The translations under genes were made by a program, and so were the position numbers. From an uncultured Verrucomicrobiae bacterium (GTDB lineage Bacteria; Verrucomicrobiota; Verrucomicrobiia; Limisphaerales; Palsa-1400), in assembly GCA_963764165.1 (NCBI GenBank), contig CAVXRD010000002.1, positions 3,328,001 to 3,392,000 of the forward strand: DNA of 64,000 nt, in the 5' to 3' direction. This document shows positions 1 through 6,668 of the stretch, in pieces. The notes below the pieces were generated by a model. That model saw only the letters and a list, made by a program, of their open reading frames with translations. It made no database searches and was not told the DNA's origin. Numbering within the stretch: position 1 is the stretch's first letter; each line of letters starts with the position of its first letter.

Positions 1-104
1 ACCCATACAATTTCGATTTCCTCACCATCAGCAGCCACGCTCACGGGCGCGACTTCAAACAGGGCCTGCTCGGCCATGGGATTCAACGCGCTTGCGCAAT
101 TTAA
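1..104 (+). pseudogene. Truncated 3' part of a YhcG/DUF1016 (PDDEXK nuclease family)-like gene
   Basis: Frame starting at 3 reads PYNFDFLTISSHAHGRDFKQGLLGH, resembling the DUF1016 'DPYxFDFL...ERDLE.GL..H' segment. It then stops (TAA 102-104) well before the expected nuclease C-terminus. Runs off the window edge. Confidence 0.55.
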
Positions 105-125
105 GAAACTAAGGACAATACGGTC

Positions 126-335
126 ATGAAGAATTACACCGCCGTGGTGGAACGCGACCCGGAGACGGGATTTCTTGTGGGCTATGTGCCAGGGTTCCCT
201 GGCGCTCATTCTCAGGCGGAGTCGCTCGACGAACTCCAAGCCAACCTTCAGGAAGTGATTGGCATGCTGCTGGAGGACGGGGAACCGCTCTTGGAAGCCG
301 AATTTGTCGGCACGCAGAGCATCGTTGTGGCCTGA
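126..335 (+). CDS. hicB: Type II TA antitoxin, HicB family (short form)
   Basis: YTAVVERD..G.LVGYVPGFPGAHSQAESLDELQANLQEVI is a HicB N-terminal signature. AAGGA RBS upstream; adjacent to hicA. Confidence 0.9.
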   Translation: MKNYTAVVERDPETGFLVGYVPGFPGAHSQAESLDELQANLQEVIGMLLEDGEPLLEAEFVGTQSIVVA

Positions 336-337
336 CT

Positions 338-562
338 ATGGGCTCCGTGCCGGTTCTCAAGCCCATCGAGGTATGCCGCTTGCTCGAAAGGCTGGGATTC
401 GCCTCTGTGCGCCAGCGCGGTTCGCATATCCAGTATCGCCACGCCGACGGGCGTGGCACAACCGTGCCAATGCACAAAGGCCGTGATATTGCCCCATCCC
501 TGTTACGGAAGATCGCCCGCGACATTGGTTTGACGGTCGAGGAACTTTTGCTGAACCGTTGA
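338..562 (+). CDS. hicA: Type II TA toxin, HicA family mRNA interferase
   Basis: LERLGF..VRQRGSHIQY.H.DGR.TTVP.H.GRDI...LLRKI motif; 2 bp after hicB. Confidence 0.92.
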   Translation: MGSVPVLKPIEVCRLLERLGFASVRQRGSHIQYRHADGRGTTVPMHKGRDIAPSLLRKIARDIGLTVEELLLNR

Positions 563-864
563 TCGCGCCCACTCATACTTTCACCTCCACGGTAACGCGG
601 AGCCGCCACAAAACCATCCTCCAAACGACGCTAGGGTGCCTATCTCCATAGTAGCTTCGCTTCGGATGAGAAAGACTTCGCCGAACCCAAATATTGCCCT
701 GTCCCAATGCCCCGCGTGAAAGCACTCAGCCTACAGACTCAAGCTTCAATAAATTGTAGGCCGGCCCTCCCCCGACGCAGCGTCCAGGGGGATCGCAAAG
801 TCAGCGGCAGATGGAGTCACGTTTCGAACCGTTTGCGAAAAACAAAAAGTGCAAAAAGTGACAC
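458..864 (+). repeat. Repeat unit L1: hicA 3' end + spacer + REP pair + terminus motif
   Basis: Directly repeated, with divergence, at 871-1190 and 2056-2389. Ends ...gcgaaaaacaaaaagtgcaaaaagtgacac. Confidence 0.9.
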
Positions 865-870
865 AGGAAT

Positions 871-1190
871 ACAACCGTGCCAATGCACAAAGGCCGTGAT
901 ATTGCCCCATCGCTGTTGCGGAAGATCGCCCGCGACATTGGTATGACGGTCGAGGAACTTCTGTTGAACCGTTGATCGCGCCCACTCATACTTTTTGCCT
1001 CGACGGCAATGTGGAGCCGTCACAAAACCACCCCCAACACCCGACGGGTGATGGCACGCAGCCTACACGTTCCAGCTTCAACAAATTGTAGGCCGGGTCC
1101 CCCGCCCCGGCGTCCAGCGGAATCGCAGAGTCAGCGACTGACGGATCCACGTGTCGAACATTTGCGAAAAAGAAAAAGTGCAAAAAAGTG
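871..1190 (+). repeat. Repeat unit L2, including a hicA 3' fragment (871-975)
   Basis: acaaccgtgccaatgcacaaaggccgtgatattgcc...aaccgttga is near-identical to 458-562. Ends ...gcgaaaaagaaaaagtgcaaaaaagtg. Confidence 0.9.
1088..1112 (+). repeat. GTAG-type REP-like hairpin (also 756-782 degenerate, and 2295-2319)
   Basis: gtagGCCGGGtcccccg(a/c)CCCGGC, with an inverted partner ending ...agcctac just upstream in each L unit. Confidence 0.65.
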
Positions 1191-1268
1191 GGAACGCGAA
1201 TGGCGCTTACGCAAAGTTGGCCAGAAAGACTTGAAACTTGCATGGGTGGATGCGATTGTTTGCATTGT

Positions 1269-1691
1269 ATGTCAGCGATGACTAAAGATGAGAGCGTCAC
1301 TCTCCGTTTGACAAAACCTGAGAAGGCGGATTTGGAAGCGGCCGCGACTTTGACGGGCCAACCGCCGGGTACTTTGGCGGCTATTTACGTCAAAGAGGGT
1401 GTAAAACGTTCGCGTTTCCCCGTTGTCGAGTTTCGCGACGGCGCTCCGGGCCGGGTGGCTTACGTAACCGGCACGAGGTGGCCGGTCTGGATGGTCGTGG
1501 ATTTGGTCAAAGATCTGGGCGGGAACACGACGAAGGCGGCTCAGCGAATGGACAAACCCGAACCGGTCGTCAAGATGGCACTGGCCTACGCGGAGGCCTA
1601 CTCGGAGGAGATCGCCGCGAGCCTGACACTGCACAAGCACCGGGACTTCGAGGGGCTTAAAGCTGTTTCGCCCAACCTTGAGAAGGTGTGA
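1269..1691 (+). CDS. Putative antitoxin, DUF433-domain with N-terminal DNA-binding segment (start 1269 or 1278)
   Basis: V.FRDG..GR.AYV.GTR..VW.VV...ALAYAEAY.EEI is a DUF433-type motif; 4-bp overlap with the downstream PIN gene. Confidence 0.75.
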   Translation: MSAMTKDESVTLRLTKPEKADLEAAATLTGQPPGTLAAIYVKEGVKRSRFPVVEFRDGAPGRVAYVTGTRWPVWMVVDLVKDLGGNTTKAAQRMDKPEPVVKMALAYAEAYSEEIAASLTLHKHRDFEGLKAVSPNLEKV

Positions 1692-2041
1692 GGCTGCTGC
1701 TGGACGAGCACATCCCTCGCGAAGCAGCCGAGGCGCTCCAAAGAAAGTTTCCGGCATTGGAGGCGGTTTCCATTTACGATACGTCCTGGCGGGGGCTGCC
1801 AGACCCGCCGCTGCTCGAAACGCTTGATCGCGAAGGCTGGATCCTTGTCAGCCGCGATGTGAATACGATCCCGGAATTCGTCAAGGCTCGTTTGGCGGCA
1901 GGTTTCACTCATGGCGGAGTGATTTACGCCGACAGCAAGCGACTCCGCCAATCGGATGTGCGCGGCCTGATTCGGAAGCTCATCGCCTTCGTCGAAAAAC
2001 ACGCAGATGAAGATTGGACCTGTCGCGAGGGCTGGCTTTAG
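1688..2041 (+). CDS. DUF5615 (PIN-like, VapC45-type) toxin
   Basis: MRLLLDEHI...GL.DP.LL...REG.ILVSRD...H.GVI motif; GTGA overlap with the DUF433 gene. Confidence 0.82.
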   Translation: MRLLLDEHIPREAAEALQRKFPALEAVSIYDTSWRGLPDPPLLETLDREGWILVSRDVNTIPEFVKARLAAGFTHGGVIYADSKRLRQSDVRGLIRKLIAFVEKHADEDWTCREGWL

Positions 2042-2055
2042 GTAGGTTCAGGCAG

Positions 2056-2389
2056 GATATTGCCCATCGCTGTTACGGAAGATCGCCCGCGACATTGGTT
2101 TGAAGGTCGAGGAACTTTCGCTGAATCGTTGATCGAGCCCGCTCATTCTTTCACCTCGCCGACAACGCGGAGCCATCACAAAACCACCCGCCAAAAATAA
2201 CGGTAGGGTGAGGCTCAGCCGAACCCAAATATGCCATGCCCCAACGCCTGCCGCGCGAGGGCACTCAGCCTACGGGCTCCAGCCTCAACAAATTGTAGGC
2301 CGGGTCCCCCGACCCGGCGTTCAGGGGAATCACAGAGTCAGCGGCGGATGGAGTCATGTATCGAACCATTTGCAAAAAGCGAGTGACAC
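2056..2389 (+). repeat. Repeat unit L3, including a short degenerate hicA 3' fragment
   Basis: gatattgcccatcgctgttacggaagatcgcccgcgacattgg... plus the same spacer and REP. Ends ...tcgaaccatttgcaaaaagcgagtgacac. Confidence 0.85.
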
Positions 2390-2620
2390 CTGCCCCCCAA
2401 AACAGAGCGCGAGCGAAATAACCACTTGGGGGGCGAATGTTAATGCAGCATTCCATTTGGCACATAAGCCGCTTGAACATCGACACCTCGGGCATCGCAA
2501 TAGTCGCTATCATTCGTCTCATTTTATTACCGAATTAAATCCAGTTTCATTTCACCAACAGCAACCTCCGTCGAGCCGCAGAGCGTAAAGTTTTCCTGAC
2601 ACCAAGTCTGGTTATTTGAT

Positions 2621-3077
2621 TCATCGATCACGCCCTGCGACAAATGCAAAATATCCGATATAATTCGTTCGTTTATCAAAGAAGATTGATAACGATCCGT
2701 TGCCTTCGGACGCCTCAGAAACACCAACAACCTCACATTGATCCGCCGCCGATAATCTTTCCAAAATGTCCGTTGGGCGGGCTCGTACGTTACCGCTTAC
2801 GGTTGCGAAAATCGGTTGCAAGGGTCTGTAACGAATCAATTTCGGCCTGCCTTAGAAAATGTCTTTCGTTCAGTTTCCACTGCTGCAACTGCCAGTGGCC
2901 CATTTTCCCATACATTGCAACAAGTTTTTGAGCCACGTCCTCCTGAGAGGAATTTAGGGGAACGTCATTTAACACGTTTACGACATTTCTCACGCTAGGC
3001 ATGCATCCACCTGCTGTTCCAGACAGCAAGACTACAATCAGAAGTTTTCTTAACGCGGTTCGTATCGTAGCGTACAT
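2621..3077 (-). pseudogene. Low-GC hypothetical exported/lipoprotein-like gene, probably frameshifted (3077-2790, then overlapping frame to 2621); candidate immunity protein
   Basis: ATG 3077 lies 4 bp after the upstream ORF. MYATIRTALRKLLIVVLLSGTAGGC has a signal and weak lipobox. The overlapping frame 2839-2621 reads like a plausible continuation (...GSLSIFFDKRTNYIGYFAF). Confidence 0.4.
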
Positions 3078-3081
3078 AAAT

Positions 3082-3581
3082 CTAGTGCTGCAAAAAGGCT
3101 CCAGCGGCCCCATCCCAAGTACTACCAAATCCCGGTTGCGGATGTCGGGCCCCATTCCAAGTAGACGTGACATCCAAATTCGGGTTTGAAAATAGCAACC
3201 ACTGTGTCGCCCTGGAAATCGTGCTCGTAAACTCACCAAAGAACCAATAACTTGGGCTCAAATTAAGACTCATATTGGCAACATTATTATAGTATCCCAC
3301 TGCCGGCCCCCGTGCCGAGAAATTCTGATACACGCCGATACCGTAATACCCTAAATACCTGGAGCCCTCCAAACCCCTAAGGACGCCCCCACTATGATCC
3401 AGTTGATCGATGGTACTGTCTCCATAAACTATATCAGCGACTTGGGAAGCATATTCTAACCCCGGCGCCGTGTCTCCCAAAAACGCCTCTGCAAATACCT
3501 CCATAATACTGGCACCTACATACGGCGCCGAAACCTGATCGGACAATCCCAGCGCATTTCCGGCGCGGTTATCAAGCGCGA
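3082..3581 (-). pseudogene. 5'-truncated low-GC ORF; candidate orphan polymorphic-toxin C-terminal fragment
   Basis: The frame is open from the terminus junction at 3581/3582 (LALDNRAGNALGLSDQVSAPY...) to the stop at 3082. It has no convincing start/RBS at its 5' end and atypical codon usage. Confidence 0.4.
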
Positions 3582-3925
3582 GTGTCAGTCCTCACCTTTT
3601 GCACTTTTTGCTTTTCTGCTCTTATCCGTTGTCCGGTGGCCCGGGAACCCTAGTCCAAACGCCCGCCGGTGGATGGCTAACCGCTACCGCGAAATCTGCT
3701 GGACCTCGCCCACCGACGGCACCATCTGCAGGACAATGACATCTCGAGGGCATTCGGTGCGGAGGGTCGTGGGCTGCAAGTTTGTGAAGGTGGTCAAATC
3801 GAGCACGACACGGTGTTCCTTTTGGCTCGGCTGGAACAATGCCGGATCCCTGCCGACGGCGGTGACCACAACTTCCTCAGGACTGAGACTGAACGAATGG
3901 GTCTCCCCTTCGGCGAATTTTGTCG
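3582..3925 (-). repeat. Repeat unit R3: cdaR 3' fragment (3925-3684) + spacer + terminus motif
   Basis: Diverged copy of 4730-5386 without the MITE. On the minus strand it ends gcaaaaagtgcaaaaggtgaggactgacac. Confidence 0.92.
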
Positions 3926-3930
3926 ATTCG

Positions 3931-4000
3931 GTGTTAGACCTTCACTTTTTGCACTTTTGTTTTTCGCAAAGATTCGACACATGGCTCCAATTGCCCATTT
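3931..4000 (-). repeat. Terminus motif copy R2
   Basis: Minus strand atgggcaattggagccatgtgtcgaatctttgcgaaaaacaaaagtgcaaaaagtgaaggtctaacac matches the ends of L1-L3. Confidence 0.85.
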
Positions 4001-4050
4001 CCTCGATGGCGCGTTGAATCCAGAAAGCTTTATATGACAGCGCATCCAAT

Positions 4051-4467
4051 TCAATGCAGCAGTTCCACCAGACCCGTTTCATCCGCAAAGCTTTTTGCCA
4101 GCGGTTCATCGAGAGTTGCCAGACTGAATCGATGTTGCCGGGCGAGCGCAACAAGATAGCGGTCGGTGATCTGATTTGCGCCAGCCATCAGTTCCGTTCG
4201 CACGGCGCGGTCGGTGCAGCTCAAGTCGTCGGAAATGAATTCATGGCGCGGGTCACTGATGAATTGGCGGAGAACGCCAAACGCCAGTTCGGGCGTCAAG
4301 CCGTAACCGAGCAGGGGATGCGAGGAGACGCGCGCAAAACCAAGCTGGACAACCGGGCAGGTCGCAAAGGCGGAAACGCCCCTGAACCACGAACGGGCCC
4401 GGGAGTGATGCTCGTGATTTTCCCAAAGCAACGCCATGAGCAAATTGACATCAAGCAATCGGGTCAC
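4051..4467 (-). CDS. vapC: VapC-family PIN ribonuclease toxin
   Basis: LLDVNLLMALL...HEHH..AR.WF...ATCP..QLGF.R...QITD.YLVALA.....LATLD is a mycobacterial-type PIN signature. Confidence 0.9.
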   Translation of the reverse strand: MTRLLDVNLLMALLWENHEHHSRARSWFRGVSAFATCPVVQLGFARVSSHPLLGYGLTPELAFGVLRQFISDPRHEFISDDLSCTDRAVRTELMAGANQITDRYLVALARQHRFSLATLDEPLAKSFADETGLVELLH

Positions 4468-4673
4468 GGGGTCCGGCTTTCAATCTCGTGAACAAGTTGC
4501 GAAGTGATGGTTCGGCCGTCGGCGCGGATGACGGGCAAACCGTCCCCTTCGGTGCCAACGGAAAAATGGTGGCGCGTCATTGAACTGCCGTTTTCTGCGA
4601 TAAACTGCGCGACTCGCGCCTGTTCGTTCGCGGACAATTCTTTGATTCGCTCAATGATTTCAACGGCACTCAT
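4464..4673 (-). CDS. Putative antitoxin of the adjacent VapC
   Basis: 69 aa with a 4-bp overlap with vapC. The C-terminal 'GLPVI....ITS.LV.EI' resembles antitoxin tails found next to this VapC class. Confidence 0.65.
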   Translation of the reverse strand: MSAVEIIERIKELSANEQARVAQFIAENGSSMTRHHFSVGTEGDGLPVIRADGRTITSQLVHEIESRTP

Positions 4674-4729
4674 GGGTTAATTGTCCGGAAAAATTCATTT
4701 TTGGCAAGCGCATTGCCCTTCGCACGCAA

Positions 4730-4800
4730 GTGTCGGCCATTACTTTTTGCACTTTTGCTTTCCTGCTCTTATCCGTCGTCCGGTGACCCGGGAACCCTAG
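4730..4800 (-). repeat. Terminus motif copy R1 with spacer
   Basis: Minus strand ...ggataagagcaggaaagcaaaagtgcaaaaagtaatggccgacac; same as 3582-3653. Confidence 0.85.
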
Positions 4801-5108
4801 TGTAGTGTCTCTTAAATAACTGGAGATTCGTTGCGCCGCCTTTGGCCTGTGGCTAGCAGCCCGCCTGGGGCGGGCAGCGCATCTCTGTTCTGACTCGACG
4901 AAGGAGCATCCCCTCATGGGGCTGTGACTGAGGAGCAACGACGCCACAGGCCAAAGGCAGCGCAACCCGCAGGGCGGCAGGTCTTTTTGACGCAGGCCAC
5001 GTTGCTCGCTCCTCACAGATCCTTTGGGATATGCTCGTCGTTCGCGCCTTGCCTGCGTCAAAAATCCCTTGCCGCGAATCTCCAGCTATTTAAGAGACAC
5101 TACACTAG
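4797..5108. mobile_element. MITE-1 (non-autonomous, about 310 bp) inserted at a CTAG site
   Basis: 34-bp terminal inverted repeat including the flanking CTAG (ctagtgtagtgtctcttaaata(a/g)ctggagattcg, 1 mismatch). The homologous empty site with a single CTAG is at 3650-3653. Confidence 0.92.
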
Positions 5109-5138
5109 CGCAAACGCCCGCCGGTGGATGGCCATCCG

Positions 5139-5525
5139 CTACCGCGAAATCTGCTGGACCTCAACCACCGACGGCACCATTTGCAAGACAATGACATCTC
5201 GAGGGCATTCGGCGCGGAGGCGAAGGGTCGTGGGCTGCAAGTTCGTGAAGGTTGTCAAATCGAGCACGACACGGACTTCTTTTTGGCTCGGCTGGAACAA
5301 CGCCGGATCCCTGCCGACAACAGTGACGACAACTTCCTCGGGACTGAAACTAAACGAGCGAGTCTCGCCTTCGGCGAATTTTGTCGTGATGGGCACGCGA
5401 ATGTAGGCGGGCGTGAGCGAGTTAGACTCGTCGTGGATGCTGTAATGAATCAACATCCAGATCACTGTCGCCAGCGTGATCGAGAACAGCTTCAGCCAAA
5501 AATTGCGGAGAATCAGGTCGCGCAT
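5139..5525 (-). CDS. cdaR: CdaR/YbbR-like membrane-anchored regulator (short, single domain)
   Basis: N-terminal 'NFWLKLFSITLATVIW' TM segment and P..V.VTV.G motif; directly downstream of cdaA. Confidence 0.75.
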   Translation of the reverse strand: MRDLILRNFWLKLFSITLATVIWMLIHYSIHDESNSLTPAYIRVPITTKFAEGETRSFSFSPEEVVVTVVGRDPALFQPSQKEVRVVLDLTTFTNLQPTTLRLRAECPRDVIVLQMVPSVVEVQQISR

Positions 5526-5532
5526 AGCAGCG

Positions 5533-5806
5533 AGTACTGTGACAAAGAAATTTCGACACGCGCGTTGCGCCGATTTTGGCTTGGGGCAAGGCGCGAGGAG
5601 CGAGCATACCCTTCATGGGTCTGTGAGCGACGAGCAACGCGGCCCCAAGCCAAAATCGGCGCAACCCTCCGGGCGGCAGGTCTTTTTGGGCCAGACTTCG
5701 TTGCTCGCTCCGTGCAGATCCATGAAGGATATGCCCGTCGCTCGCGCCTCGTCTGGCCCAAAAATCCCTTGCCGCGCATGTATCGAAATTTCTTTGTCAC
5801 AGTACT
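5533..5806. mobile_element. MITE-2 (about 274 bp) between cdaA and cdaR
   Basis: 24-bp perfect terminal inverted repeat agtactgtgacaaagaaatttcga. Internal architecture is homologous to MITE-1. The right end overlaps the cdaA TAG stop. Confidence 0.85.
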
Positions 5807-6668
5807 AAATTTTCTGCCCGGGAGAGGCGAGGGCGTGATTCTCCTTCGGCGCGGCTTTGTCCCTTGGGCGGAACAGGCGCAAAATTCCGTGCGACTTGCT
5901 TGGTTTCACGAGCACGGAAGTCAGGAAGGCGCGCAATTGCTCCGCCGAGATGCCGCGCTGCAACTGTCCTTTGTATGCGTAGGAAATCGATCCCGTTTCC
6001 TCCGAAACGACCACCACCACGGCGTCTGTTTCTTCGGACAATCCAATCGCGGCCCGGTGCCGCGTGCCAAGCGAGGCGTTCAAATCCTGCCGCTGCGTCA
6101 GGGGGAAAATGCAGGCGGCGAAGGCAATTCGATCCCCTTTCAGAATCACGCCGCCATCGTGGATCGCGTTGTTCGGAAAGAAAATGGCTTCCAGCATTTC
6201 GGGCGTTGCTTCGCAATCGACGGGCAGGCCGGATTCGGTGGCTTCCTGCAAATTGATCGTTTGCTCGATGGCCATAAGGGCGCCGATGCGGACTTCCGCC
6301 AGGCGCTCGGATGTTTGGATGATGACTTCAATGTTCTCGCGCGCTTCATGGCTGGTGGCGAAGAGCGGATGTGTTCCTAGCTCCGCGAGAATGCGGCGCA
6401 GCTCAGGTTGGAAAATAATGAGAATCGCCACCGCCGCAAACGCGACGAAGGAGCGGATGAGCCAGCTCAAAACCTCCAGCTTCAAAAAATAGGCGACGAC
6501 AGTGAGGCTCAGCACGAGCAGGACGAACCCGTAAACCACCGGCGCGCCGCGCGTTCCGCGAATGAACTTCAAGCTGAAGTAAATGCCGACCGAAAGAATG
6601 ATGACCTCAAGCGCCGGCCGCCAGCCGCGCTGAAGTGTCTCAGTCAGGAATGTGATTACTTCCGGCAT
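5805..6668 (-). CDS. cdaA: Diadenylate cyclase CdaA (DacA)
   Basis: Three N-terminal TM helices, IFQPELRR, HDGG and GTRHRAA DAC motifs, VSEETG.IS. Confidence 0.95.
   Translation of the reverse strand: MPEVITFLTETLQRGWRPALEVIILSVGIYFSLKFIRGTRGAPVVYGFVLLVLSLTVVAYFLKLEVLSWLIRSFVAFAAVAILIIFQPELRRILAELGTHPLFATSHEARENIEVIIQTSERLAEVRIGALMAIEQTINLQEATESGLPVDCEATPEMLEAIFFPNNAIHDGGVILKGDRIAFAACIFPLTQRQDLNASLGTRHRAAIGLSEETDAVVVVVSEETGSISYAYKGQLQRGISAEQLRAFLTSVLVKPSKSHGILRLFRPRDKAAPKENHALASPGQKI

Noticed and set aside
79..91. 13-mer ggattcaacgcgc also present inverted at 4009-4021, both near cassette edges
   Set aside because: One 13-bp match somewhere in a 5-kb region (both strands) is roughly expected by chance (4^13 is about 6.7e7 versus a few 1e7 comparisons), so it is not sufficient evidence.
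458..4800. CRISPR array or classical integron attC array as an explanation for the repeats
   Set aside because: Repeat spacing is irregular (0.3-1.2 kb), units include gene fragments, and there are no cas or intI genes. The termini are non-palindromic and lack RYYYAAC...GTTRRRY attC boxes.
4660..5808. Small ORFs reading 'ARRERRAYP' (4660-5061, 5513-5800 and others)
   Set aside because: They are translations of the MITE palindromes, not independent genes.
5124..6380. 418-aa + strand ORF and other long antisense ORFs (e.g. 36706-37962, 52681-54126, 59716-61221, 63014-63988)
   Set aside because: Shadow frames opposite well-supported genes in GC-rich DNA, with no recognisable motifs.
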